Part shown: one piece after another, positions 1-8,874 of the stretch
Position numbering within the stretch: position 1 is the stretch's first letter
Layout of the letters: each line of letters starts with the position of its first letter
Assembly (NCBI GenBank): GCA_029555385.1
Contig: JAKPSH010000207.1
Coordinates: forward strand, 7,092-71,091
Direction of reading: 5' to 3'
DNA from: Pseudomonadota bacterium
GTDB taxonomy: Bacteria; Bdellovibrionota_C; UBA2361; SZUA-149
Length of the DNA: 64,000 nucleotides
Notes under the pieces: model-generated
Seen by the model: the letters and a program-made list of their open reading frames with translations, nothing else
The model's database searches: none
Told to the model about the DNA's origin: nothing
Program-made: the position numbers and the translations under genes

Positions 1-381
1 ATCACCAGTTTATCGTTCGAGAAGTCCGCGATTGACGGCACAATTGCCAGCCTGAGCAACATTCGCGCAAGCCTCGCTGTTTCCCGCGCAGCTTACGCCT
101 CTGCTGAAACTGATATCGCCGGCGCCGTGGCGCAGCACACCGCAGACGCACTGGCCGATGCATCTGCACAAACTACGCAGACGCTCGACCTCGCGGATAA
201 AATAAAACTATCTATGACCCTGGATAGCATCCCAGATATCAAAGGTTTGGTTGACCTGGAGCAATTGACCGCACCGCCCTTGGCTCGCATTACGCCGCCC
301 GCTCACGGCGCAGCTCAAGAAAAAACCAGGGAAAACGCCGTGCCGCCCAGCCAGCTTGCCGCGCTATCCGCAATTGCATAA
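1..381 (+). CDS. C-terminal fragment of a hypothetical protein; the gene starts upstream of the window
   Basis: Frame 1 is open from base 1 to the stop at 379-381. The Ala/Ser/Thr-rich low-complexity sequence (ITSLSFEKSAIDGTIASLSNIRASLAVSRAAYASAETD...) shows no recognisable domain. Confidence 0.3.
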   Translation: MTSLSFEKSAIDGTIASLSNIRASLAVSRAAYASAETDIAGAVAQHTADALADASAQTTQTLDLADKIKLSMTLDSIPDIKGLVDLEQLTAPPLARITPPAHGAAQEKTRENAVPPSQLAALSAIA

Positions 382-821
382 GCACGGTAAAACAAAAACT
401 TGATTTACAGTTGCCATGCTCCGGCGAATTCGCTATAAAAACTAGCTGATTCTAGTTTCATTGCAGGAATATCACATGTTTCCTCAAAACCTGATGCGCA
501 TGGGCATGCCTAAGACCTCCCCGCTTGCTGGGTAAGCGCATCTCTTCAGCGTCTGCCCGGCTGCGGTGAGGTCGTAGCAGGGCAGACGGAATCAAACCAT
601 TTCGCTGCTGCCTAAAACTTTCACCGGATAAAGTCCTTTTGATCTTTTTATAAAAGACAGCCGCGCGCTGAATGGGCGGACGTCTGCCTGCTCTCGGGGA
701 AGAAGCGTTAATTGTGCACCGCTTGCGGCGTCCTGCGCGGCATGCGGCGCACGTCCTGGATGCGGCGAATTTGCCGCAGCACAGGTTTCTTAGAGGTTCA
801 CGATTATGGAGGACGATTGAC

Positions 822-1490
822 ATGAGCGAACGATCCAGCATTCCGAGCATGCCGTCGACACCGAGCGGCGCATCACAGATTTTTGTGAAGCGCCGGACGC
901 GCGGAGAGGAACTGTGCTCCCTTTTGCGGAGCAGGAACCGGGAGAGCGCGCCGGGCACCACGGAAGAGGCGCTTCGCGTCAGCGCCGATGAAGGGTGGCT
1001 TGAATACTTTGTGCCGGGCATCGAGACGCTGTGGAGCAACCCGGAGCGCATCCAAACCCCTCCGGGGACAACTCCCTGGGCGCTCACGACCTTAGCCTGC
1101 GAGAAGGCCTGTTCAGCAGAGGCAAACTTCGGCCTCCGCCTGGCGGCTCTGCTTTTCTGGGCGGAGGCCAGCGTCGAGCAGCGCATGGCTGCGATCTCCG
1201 GGGAGCTGCTGCGTCAAGGTGCGATTCAAGAGCCTTGCACGCTCGCTGGCTGGCTTCAGCTTACGCAGGCTGAACTGGCCATGTGCCGGGAGGTCCTCGC
1301 TCTGACGCGTCAGATGGCTGCGGAACATACCCCCGATGAAAGCCAGACGCAGGCCTTCACACAAAACCAGTACTTTCACTGGGCGCTGCTGCTGCTTCGC
1401 ATAGCCGGCGAAGCGGTCGCCGAACTCGGCGGAGGCAGGTCGTGGCTCGAGACCCACGCTAGGCTTGCTCAACTCCGCCGCGCGGCATAA
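822..1490 (+). CDS. hypothetical protein
   Basis: The track ORF runs 672..1490. An internal ATG at 822 is preceded by GGAGGA (808-813) with an 8-nt spacer. No recognisable motif. The overlapping antisense ORF 458..1186 is Arg-rich and judged spurious. Confidence 0.4.
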   Translation: MSERSSIPSMPSTPSGASQIFVKRRTRGEELCSLLRSRNRESAPGTTEEALRVSADEGWLEYFVPGIETLWSNPERIQTPPGTTPWALTTLACEKACSAEANFGLRLAALLFWAEASVEQRMAAISGELLRQGAIQEPCTLAGWLQLTQAELAMCREVLALTRQMAAEHTPDESQTQAFTQNQYFHWALLLLRIAGEAVAELGGGRSWLETHARLAQLRRAA

Positions 1491-1774
1491 GCGGCAAAGT
1501 GGCTCGCAGGAATTCCCTCCATGCGCGTTGGACCCCGCCGGCTTGCCCAAGGGTCCAACGCGCTGCCATCGCCATCATCGCACATACAGGAAGGTTCGTG
1601 CCCAGGACGTTGCGGCGCCAAACTATCGCGTCATGAGACTGCACCGCACCGGATCTTTGAAATTTTTCCACTAGGGAATGAGCGCACTGCCCGGGCGGTC
1701 GAGACGGCTGAAAGCAACCAAAACAGCACACCCGTTTCGGCTCGCCCGGAACTGACGAGATAAGGAGATTCTCG

Positions 1775-2383
1775 ATGTTAAACGTTACGGTTAAAAGCGG
1801 CCCGGCCTTGCGCGCCATGGACCACCATGCGGCGCAGCTTGTGCAACTGGTGCACAGCGTCTTTCAGGAAGCGCCGTGGAGCTTCAGCTGGGCCCTTGGC
1901 ACACCTGCGGATAAGCCCGCATCGCGCCAATGCACTGCCTGGGGCTTCTGCAATATCCTCTTCGGCAATGACTCGGACTTGGCGTTGCTCGTGGCTAACG
2001 GCGACAGCCCTCCGGAAGAGCTCCCGCTGCACGCCAGCATCTGCGGCATTGGAGCCGGGCTGCCTCTCACTGAGGCACTGCTCCCGGAGTTCGACCTGGC
2101 AGGAAAAGCCTGCACCGGAGATTATTACCTGGCAACAGCTGCGGTAGCTCCAAAGTTCCGCTCCACGCTCTTGGGCGACAGGAAAGCTTACCGCCATTTG
2201 CTCGAACGCCGCATTGAAGCAGCGAGGACTCGCGGTTGTCCGCGAATCTTTGTCCGGACTATCGACGGTGTGGATAAAATCCAGCACACGCTCCCGCAAT
2301 ACGGCTTTTGCTCACTGGGCAAGAAGACCGTGCAGCAAGCGGGACTTCCGTCCTGCCGGGAATACTTCGTGCTGGACCTTTAA
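1775..2383 (+). CDS. GNAT-family N-acetyltransferase-like protein
   Basis: AAGGAG-like SD (aaggagattctcgATG). At 202 aa it has a GNAT-like core (…YYLATAAVAPKFRSTLLGDRKAYRHLLERRIEAARTRGCPRIFVRT…) resembling acetyl-CoA-binding motif A. The assignment rests on pattern only. Confidence 0.45.
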   Translation: MLNVTVKSGPALRAMDHHAAQLVQLVHSVFQEAPWSFSWALGTPADKPASRQCTAWGFCNILFGNDSDLALLVANGDSPPEELPLHASICGIGAGLPLTEALLPEFDLAGKACTGDYYLATAAVAPKFRSTLLGDRKAYRHLLERRIEAARTRGCPRIFVRTIDGVDKIQHTLPQYGFCSLGKKTVQQAGLPSCREYFVLDL

Positions 2384-2554
2384 GGGTTTTCATCGCTGCG
2401 GGGCAGAGCCAGAAGCTCAGCCCCGCAGCGAGCGCATCTCCTCTCAAGTTCCGGGCAGCCAGTCAATTTCATTCGCTGGACGAAGCATTTTTTGATATGC
2501 AGCAGTTATTTGCTGCATATTATTTTTTAAGAGAAGCTTTCCGGGGAGCAGGTC

Positions 2555-3727
2555 ATGCACTTTTCAGCCGCGGCACGCGCTATCGATCAGCATCTCGAAA
2601 CAGCAGTCGCACTGTTGCAGCAGACGGCTGAGATTAATAGCTGCTCAGCGAATCCTGCCGGAGTGAACAACGTGCAGGATATATTTCAGTACGAATTTGA
2701 GCGTCTGGGTTTCGCCGTCAATCGCCTCCAACACGAACCTTTCGGCAGCCACTTAACCGCCGCAAACTGCCTTCCCGGACAAACCGCGATTTTGCTGACC
2801 GGACATGCTGACACGGTCCACCCCGCGGACGGCGAATTCCAGAAAGTAGTCCGCGAGAATGATCGCCTCCGAGGCCCCGGCGTCTATGATATGAAAGGCG
2901 GTCTCGTGCTCATCATTCTGGCCTTGAAAGGTCTCGCGGAAACTGGTTTGCTGCACAAGGTGCCGCTTCGCATATTGATTGCAGGAGACGAAGAGATCGG
3001 CCTTCCCGATTCTGCACCCCTGCATCAAGAACTTGGCGAGCTGTCATCTGCTGCTCTTGTTTTCGAATCGGGCCGGGAACAAAACGCTGTAATCACAGCC
3101 CGCCGCGGCTGTGCTTTTTTTAAGCTAGCTGTGCAGGGCAAGTCCGCTCATTCAGGAAGCAGCTTCACGCAAGGCGCAAATGCTATCTGTCAGTTGACCC
3201 ATCTTATTCAACAAATCTCCGCCCTAACTGACTTAGAACGTCAGCTCACGCTCAACGTCGGCGTCATTCAAGGCGGCGAGTCGCCGAATATTGTTCCGGA
3301 TTGCGCGTGGGCGAGTTTCGACCTGCGCTGCGTGAGTAGCGCCGACTTCGAACTCACCTTCAAGGCACTCGCAAAGATCACCGCTGACATTGCCGTTCCC
3401 GGGACAAAAGCCGCGCTGGAGCTGCAACGCTGGGTCAAACCGATGGAGCACTCGAACGAGGCGGCGGCGCTTGCCGCCTCATACCGCAGGGCAGCCGCGC
3501 AGGCCGGTTTCAGCGCAGAACCTTATCCCGGAGTCATTGGCGGCGGCAGTTCAGCGAACTTGCTTTCATCATATGTGCGGACCATCGATGGACTGGGGCC
3601 GTTTGGCTGTGGAGCTCATACCACTGAGGAATGGATGTCCATAGCTTCGCTAAAGGAAAAAGCGCGCGCTTTGGCCTTTTGGCTTATCGATTCTCTGCAA
3701 GAAAACGCGGGCAGATATTCATATTGA
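2555..3727 (+). CDS. M20-family metallopeptidase (ArgE/DapE/carboxypeptidase G2-like)
   Basis: 390 aa with hallmark M20 motifs: LTGHADTV, GPGVYDMKGG and the acidic pair IAGDEEIG, plus a C-terminal dimerisation-domain pattern. Confidence 0.85.
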   Translation: MHFSAAARAIDQHLETAVALLQQTAEINSCSANPAGVNNVQDIFQYEFERLGFAVNRLQHEPFGSHLTAANCLPGQTAILLTGHADTVHPADGEFQKVVRENDRLRGPGVYDMKGGLVLIILALKGLAETGLLHKVPLRILIAGDEEIGLPDSAPLHQELGELSSAALVFESGREQNAVITARRGCAFFKLAVQGKSAHSGSSFTQGANAICQLTHLIQQISALTDLERQLTLNVGVIQGGESPNIVPDCAWASFDLRCVSSADFELTFKALAKITADIAVPGTKAALELQRWVKPMEHSNEAAALAASYRRAAAQAGFSAEPYPGVIGGGSSANLLSSYVRTIDGLGPFGCGAHTTEEWMSIASLKEKARALAFWLIDSLQENAGRYSY

Positions 3728-3797
3728 ACAGCCGGATTATTGACAGCTCGCGTTGGCCTAGCCACCCTATTTCCGATAAGCCGCACGTAATTAGTCT

Positions 3798-3825
3798 TTG
3801 ACTGCAACTTGTGCTAAGTTAAATG
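3798..3825 (+). promoter_or_regulatory. candidate sigma70-type promoter upstream of 3897..4283
   Basis: TTGACT (3798-3803), a 16-nt spacer, then TAAATG (3820-3825). Found by pattern match only, in an AT-richer intergenic stretch. Confidence 0.25.
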
Positions 3826-3896
3826 AAAACTAGGCGTTAGCTTTTCAACTCCCTAATCCGGGAGTCGAGCTCTTCTGATAATAAACGGCACGTGCC

Positions 3897-4283
3897 ATGA
3901 AAGTCTTCGAACTAGCAAAGGAACTTGGACTCTCTTCGAAGGAACTGCTCAGCTTAATTCGTGATTGCCGCCTCCCTCAGCCGGCCAATCACTTTGCTGC
4001 AATTGATGATGAAGCTGCGGCTGCGGTCCGGCGCCATTTTATCCGGCGGGTGGTTAGTCAATCCGCGCCTCTAAACGATGAACTGCCTCCAGCGCCAGAA
4101 GCACCCGCGAGGCAGGCGCAGGCAACTACAGTTGTCGTGCGCAAGCGAGGCGGCTTAAACTCTGAACATCGAACTTTGCTGAACTCCCGTGGCGCACCCC
4201 AACAGAACGCCGGACTGCCCAACACACTGCTCGGTGTCGCCGTCAAAAACAAAAAAGAGCCCCAAGGCCGGGTCAAGCCTTAG
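3897..4283 (+). CDS. small protein with an IF2 N-terminal-like domain (MKVFELAKELGLSSKELLSL)
   Basis: The N-terminal 40 aa closely resemble the conserved IF2_N motif of translation initiation factor IF-2 (MRVYELAKELGVSSKELL…). The rest is a Pro/Ala-rich basic tail. It is a standalone 128-aa protein, not infB. Confidence 0.45.
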   Translation: MKVFELAKELGLSSKELLSLIRDCRLPQPANHFAAIDDEAAAAVRRHFIRRVVSQSAPLNDELPPAPEAPARQAQATTVVVRKRGGLNSEHRTLLNSRGAPQQNAGLPNTLLGVAVKNKKEPQGRVKP

Positions 4284-4317
4284 GACTCATCACAACAGCC
4301 GTCCGGAAATGGCGAGG

Positions 4318-4914
4318 TTACTTCGCGGTAAAGTTCCGCAGGTTCTCTTCAATAATCTGTTTATTCACGGCAAGCAGTTTATTGGCATCCCGGGTTTCTT
4401 CGTAAGTTTGGCGAATTGCAAACAGAAACACATTTCTCATTTTTTGGTCCTTGATATTCTTTAGCTGCGAGTCGAAGAACAACACCGCTTCCTCCGGCTT
4501 GTTAATCCGTTTGTAGTGCTGCTTCACTCCCAACACCGCCAGACTTGTGGCCTGATACGGGTCCTGCACAGCGGCTTGATACTGCTTGACCAAATGCAGA
4601 AACTGCCCCATGCGTCCTTCGGGACGGCCGGCACCCGCTCCCCGTCCGTATCTTGGGCCATCATCAGAGCGTTGATGTTTGCGCCGCCGGAAATCCTCCC
4701 GGCGTTTTCCCGGACGCTCGTCCCGCCATGCCTCCGGACCAGGCCCGGAGAGGTCTTCAAGAACCGGCGGCGCATCCTCGGGTGGTGGCGGCTCTTGGGT
4801 CTGGGCCGCGGCGTTCAGCGAAGCTGCTGAAAGAAAAAACACTGTGCCAAGCAACAATAAAGCCGCGGCATGTAAAACCGGCTGATTAAGCATTGCTCTT
4901 GTCTTCGGAACCAT
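4318..4914 (-). CDS. secreted hypothetical protein; last gene of the ECF sigma operon
   Basis: Hydrophobic signal-peptide-like N-terminus (LHAAALLLLGTVFFLSAASLNAAAQ) followed by a Pro/Glu-rich linker. It overlaps the upstream anti-sigma gene. The true start may be the internal Met at 4893. Confidence 0.5.
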   Translation of the reverse strand: MVPKTRAMLNQPVLHAAALLLLGTVFFLSAASLNAAAQTQEPPPPEDAPPVLEDLSGPGPEAWRDERPGKRREDFRRRKHQRSDDGPRYGRGAGAGRPEGRMGQFLHLVKQYQAAVQDPYQATSLAVLGVKQHYKRINKPEEAVLFFDSQLKNIKDQKMRNVFLFAIRQTYEETRDANKLLAVNKQIIEENLRNFTAK

Positions 4915-5407
4915 ACATTACTCCTTCAGTTTGATTGTCATACATTTCTTCAGCGGTCAGGCTAAATTCCGGCGGGTCAAGCTCCTCTTCGCTCTGCTCA
5001 AGCTCAGCAAACATTGTCCCGCTTTCCTCCCATAGACTTCCCGTGTCAGCGACGAACTCTTCGTGCATCTCCACGAAATCTTGCGCCGTTAAAGAAGAAT
5101 CCTCGCTGACTTGCTCAAGCGTGCTCTCAGTCAACTTAACCACTGCTGGCTGCTCCTCACTGCGAAACAGCACCACAAGCACGAATACCGCCGCCGCAAG
5201 CGCAAACGGCACAGCAACCGGACGGAGATGAACCGGGCTCAGCGCACGGCGCTGCTGCGGTATTTCCACTCGATCAATAATCGACGCCAGCACGCGATCC
5301 CGCGACTTTAGGGAAACGGCAGTCAAAGCAGCACGCACTTCCGGAGCTGTCGCACGAAGCAACTGATCAATTCGTCTGTCTTTTTCCGTCTCCGTCTTGT
5401 CCATCAA
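4886..5407 (-). CDS. putative anti-sigma factor (single-pass membrane protein) cognate to the upstream ECF sigma
   Basis: Lies immediately downstream of the ECF sigma gene on the same strand. One central TM helix (PVAVPFALAAAVFVLVVLF) separates a short cytoplasmic N-terminus from an acidic C-terminal domain, as is typical for RsiW/RseA-like anti-sigmas. Confidence 0.5.
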   Translation of the reverse strand: MMDKTETEKDRRIDQLLRATAPEVRAALTAVSLKSRDRVLASIIDRVEIPQQRRALSPVHLRPVAVPFALAAAVFVLVVLFRSEEQPAVVKLTESTLEQVSEDSSLTAQDFVEMHEEFVADTGSLWEESGTMFAELEQSEEELDPPEFSLTAEEMYDNQTEGVMYGSEDKSNA

Positions 5408-5424
5408 TTTTCCTCAAAGGCGAG

Positions 5425-6030
5425 TCACAAAAGCTGTTCCATTCCTTCACCATGCTCGTCAAACCAGGATCGCAGCTTCTTTCTTGCCCGCAACAGATGA
5501 GTTTTAACCGAACTTGCCGAACAACCCATGCGTCTTGCCGTTTCTTCAATCGAGAGATCCTCGTAGTAATGAAGAAACACCGCTTGACGCTGAGCCTCTG
5601 CAAGCCGTCGCACGCCATCCAGCACACGGCGTCCGCGCTCCGATACCAGCCGGCGCGTCTCACCGTCAGGAAAAACTGCATCCACTCCCCGTGCGCATTC
5701 CTCCCGGAATTCTTCCTGCTCCCGCTCAAAAAAACTCAACAAGCGGTAGTGCCGCTTGCGGTGGCGCTTCACCGTGCGGCGTGCGATGGCGAAGAGCCAA
5801 GTCTTAAGCGACGAACGAAAGCTGAACGAGCCGATGCTCTTTGTCAGCTCCAGCATAATCTGCTGCACGCATTCCTCGGCAAGCTCGCGGCTGCTTGTCT
5901 CGAACAAGCACATCCGCATCAACCAGTCATACTGGCGCTCGACAAGGCATCCCAGGGACTGGCGCGCCTCGGCAGACTGGCGCAGCGCAAGCCGCTCTTG
6001 CACCTCCCGGACTAACTCTTCATCTGTCAT
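5425..6030 (-). CDS. ECF (extracytoplasmic-function) RNA polymerase sigma-70 family factor
   Basis: Sigma-70 region 2 (…QQIMLELTKSIGSFSFRSSLKTWLFAIARRTV…) and region 4 HTH (…AVFLHYYEDLSIEETARRMGCSASSVKTHLLRARKKLR…). The track ORF extends to 6063 (MKPGRR…); the start at MTDEEL (6030) is more plausible. Confidence 0.85.
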   Translation of the reverse strand: MTDEELVREVQERLALRQSAEARQSLGCLVERQYDWLMRMCLFETSSRELAEECVQQIMLELTKSIGSFSFRSSLKTWLFAIARRTVKRHRKRHYRLLSFFEREQEEFREECARGVDAVFPDGETRRLVSERGRRVLDGVRRLAEAQRQAVFLHYYEDLSIEETARRMGCSASSVKTHLLRARKKLRSWFDEHGEGMEQLL

Positions 6031-6347
6031 TGCGTCCGGTCTCACTCTCCTCCCCGGCTTCATGTGCTTTAGTTAGTGACCCACCGCCAGGATTTGGTTT
6101 ACTCGCTGACTAAATATCCCATCCCCGCAGACTAAAAGGAGGCATCTGCCCCACATTTCGCCCAATTTGATGTGAAGCAACCAATGCACAATTATCCAAC
6201 ATCCTCTCCAAGCGATGGAAATTACACATAAAATTTGCCAGCCTCCGGGAATCTTTTAGATGAAGCAAAACTCTCCGCATCGCGGATAAGAAGATATAGC
6301 ACGGGGCGCACGGTCCCGGCAGAAACTTATACGGGGTTCGAAGAGCC

Positions 6348-7025
6348 ATGAACGAGCACACACCATCAGCAGGAAGAGACAACAAGACCACCTGTTTCAA
6401 CGGCATCCTCATTCAAGAAGCTGCAGCAGCTACAACTTGGGCGATGGTTGCGTGTTTGGCGGTAATAGCTTTCTATCTCAAGTACGGCAAAGCGTATCTG
6501 GACAGCAATCTTGCTCCGTTTTATCACAACTTGATTGTGTTGACGCTGGCCATGGCCACTGTCTTCACCGTCGGTTGCGTGCTGCACATGATTTTTATCG
6601 GCGACCGGTCTGCACGCGAACTGCGCAGCGAACTGCGCAAGAAGAATGAAGCAGCAGCGGTATTCATCGCTTATGCACAAAAGCGCATCTGCGAACTGCA
6701 TCCCGAGGTGCTGCGCCATGTTTCGCATATTCGTCCCCGCAGCATGGAGAACATCAGCCAGGCGCGCAGAATTATTCATGCGCTCAATCAGCGAACCGAA
6801 GAGATACGTGCTCTGCTCGCCAGCAACGATAAAATTGACATTATTGACGCCCACGAACTGCTCGGCCAGCCGTTGATTATTGTTGAAAACTGCGTGAATT
6901 CTCTGATTGGCGCTGAACCTCTGCCGCCGATTGAAGCAGATCAAGTGATTTCGACCGTGGAGCAGATGTTCGAGGAAATCGAGGCGGACTTGAAACGCAT
7001 CGCCATTCGCCGCCGCGCGGCCTAG
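6348..7025 (+). CDS. hypothetical membrane protein (2 TM helices + cytoplasmic domain)
   Basis: 225-aa ORF with two predicted TM helices near the N-terminus. The antisense ORF 6366..7151 is judged spurious. Confidence 0.4.
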   Translation: MNEHTPSAGRDNKTTCFNGILIQEAAAATTWAMVACLAVIAFYLKYGKAYLDSNLAPFYHNLIVLTLAMATVFTVGCVLHMIFIGDRSARELRSELRKKNEAAAVFIAYAQKRICELHPEVLRHVSHIRPRSMENISQARRIIHALNQRTEEIRALLASNDKIDIIDAHELLGQPLIIVENCVNSLIGAEPLPPIEADQVISTVEQMFEEIEADLKRIAIRRRAA

Positions 7026-7027
7026 GC

Positions 7028-7516
7028 TTACTTCTTTTTGATAATTTTCGCTTTGGGGAGTCCGTACAGGCTTCCCCGGCGCCAGCCAAAGTACGCGCCG
7101 AATACAAGAAAGTTCATCAGCACATACACCAGGGCAATCGCGAAACCCCATTCGGGCCGCTGATCACTGCTCGAGTTCAAAAGAGCAGTATCCAAACGAA
7201 AAAAAGCTGAACACGGAAACGCCAGCAAAAAAAGTACGACGGAAATAACAAGCCTCACATTAACCAGAATATTTTCATCGAGCAGCTCGAAATAATTGAT
7301 TACACTCCACACGGCGACAACACCCGCAACGCAACCGAACACTTTTAGTGCGGCCCACATTCCCCGGCACCAAGGAGGAAAAGTCGTCACCCCTTGCGCA
7401 GAATTCTCGCGTGCTTTCACCTGCCTGGGGGCGCTTCCCGCCGGCCTACTGGAAGCCGACTGCGGCTCCACCGCGCCCGGTGTTTGCACTTTTTGCTTTC
7501 CGTTTCCGTCGGCCAT
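7028..7516 (-). CDS. hypothetical small membrane protein
   Basis: Three hydrophobic helices in the C-terminal two-thirds and a Lys-rich C-terminus. No recognisable domain. Confidence 0.35.
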   Translation of the reverse strand: MADGNGKQKVQTPGAVEPQSASSRPAGSAPRQVKARENSAQGVTTFPPWCRGMWAALKVFGCVAGVVAVWSVINYFELLDENILVNVRLVISVVLFLLAFPCSAFFRLDTALLNSSSDQRPEWGFAIALVYVLMNFLVFGAYFGWRRGSLYGLPKAKIIKKK

Positions 7517-7644
7517 CAGAACAAGTATTCAGTTATCAGCGTTATTTCTAGCGCACCCGGCGTTAACAGATAAATAGTCTGAAACAATTCATACGCCGTG
7601 ATAATCTAATCTAGTAGGCGGCTGCAAAAATGCAAGGTTCTTAA

Positions 7645-7938
7645 TTGGGGACATCCCCAAGGTTATATTTTGAGGAGTTTTGTCGGATGAATAGCGGAAG
7701 GTTATCTCAACGCGAAATTGAAGAAAGGTTTGTGTTGGTGGCAAACGCTCTTTATGAATATTTCCCCGATCTTGATTTGCGATTCAACCTGCGCTGCGGC
7801 ACAACCAAAGCCCGCTGCCTCTTGCCGCATCCCACAAAAAAAGCGCTCCGGCTTCCGCTAGGCGATAAAAGTGCCGAGGATGTCGTGCGCGACGCTGTTT
7901 GGGCAATTAAGTCACTGACCCGCCGCTTCGACGATTAG
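7645..7938 (+). CDS. hypothetical protein
   Basis: 97-aa ORF with no motif. An alternative start is MNSGRL at 7688. Confidence 0.3.
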   Translation: MGTSPRLYFEEFCRMNSGRLSQREIEERFVLVANALYEYFPDLDLRFNLRCGTTKARCLLPHPTKKALRLPLGDKSAEDVVRDAVWAIKSLTRRFDD

Positions 7939-7958
7939 CATTACTCCGGTAGGCCTGC
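7937..7958 (+). repeat. solo copy of the terminal inverted repeat of the 8745..8860 element (agcattactccggtaggcctgc)
   Basis: 21 of 22 positions match the reverse complement of 8841-8862 (gcaggcctaacggagtaatgct). It lies immediately after the stop of the 7645..7938 ORF. Confidence 0.45.
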
Positions 7959-8098
7959 TTCTTTGACCCAGCTAACGAGTCAGCAACACAGGCGAACCAT
8001 TCTCATCAGTCCGATATGCCCAATTTCAACCGTTGTACCAAATGCGGCAGTCGTGTAGCATGCCCTTGGTCTTTTTCAATTCTGCGCGCCGAGGACCG

Positions 8099-8662
8099 AT
8101 GAACGAAGCCCGCTCCATTTTTTTTCTTCTCGCCTGCTTATGCACTACCGCATGCTTTTCCTCGGCAAGGGGACCTATTGAGCCGAGCCGCACCGAGGCC
8201 GCACACATGCAAACAGCAGCACCGCCGCAAGCTCAAGCCGAAAATCCGAGTAAAACCACCGAGATTACGCTCGAACGCCCCATGTCTATCCCGGATCTGG
8301 CCTCGGGGAAGACAAAACCACCTACAGGTGAAGAATTCAGTGAACAGTTGGGTAAATCCGGGCGAAAATGGTTCTATGGTGGAGGAATCGGCCGCACGAT
8401 GGTCAACGTGGGCACAGCAGTGATTTTTCCCCCTTATGCGCTCTACCTGGTGGGCAACGCCGGACTTGCGCTTGCCGGCTATGAACCGCTTAAGGCAACG
8501 GATTTGATCCCTGGCCAAGGCAAGGAGTATGTTCTGGGAGCCTATAACGGAGTCACTTCGGTTCCTGGCCGGGTCAATGCGCTTGTCGCCGGGGAGGATT
8601 TTCAGGAAGATGCACCACGGCCTAAAGGGCCTGTCGCAAAATGGGCTCCGCAGCGAGAATGA
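8099..8662 (+). CDS. hypothetical lipoprotein
   Basis: Start at MNEARSIFFLLACLCTTAC, a signal peptide with a lipobox-like LLAC/TTAC. GAGGA lies 4 nt upstream of the ATG. The track ORF begins earlier, at 8033. Confidence 0.5.
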   Translation: MNEARSIFFLLACLCTTACFSSARGPIEPSRTEAAHMQTAAPPQAQAENPSKTTEITLERPMSIPDLASGKTKPPTGEEFSEQLGKSGRKWFYGGGIGRTMVNVGTAVIFPPYALYLVGNAGLALAGYEPLKATDLIPGQGKEYVLGAYNGVTSVPGRVNALVAGEDFQEDAPRPKGPVAKWAPQRE

Positions 8663-8744
8663 GAGATTTCAGACACGCCCCGTCGCAGTCGCAGCCAAAA
8701 TCTCTCATTCGCAGCAGGGACTGCATTTTGCGACAGGCCCCTAA

Positions 8745-8860
8745 CATTACTCCGTTAGGTTGTGGATGTGAGGCGATTTTCGCTAAACGGGAATCGTGAG
8801 CAGCGGAGCGATATCCCGTTTAGTGAAAATCGGCCAAAGACGCAGGCCTAACGGAGTAAT
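8745..8860. repeat. 116-nt nested perfect hairpin / MITE-like element in the nadK 5' region
   Basis: Outer 15-bp inverted repeat cattactccgttagg (8745-8759) / cctaacggagtaatg (8846-8860). Inner 19-bp stem cgattttcgctaaacggga (8774-8792) / tcccgtttagtgaaaatcg (8814-8832) with one G-U pair. Confidence 0.55.
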
Positions 8861-8874
8861 GCTAAAGAGACTAA

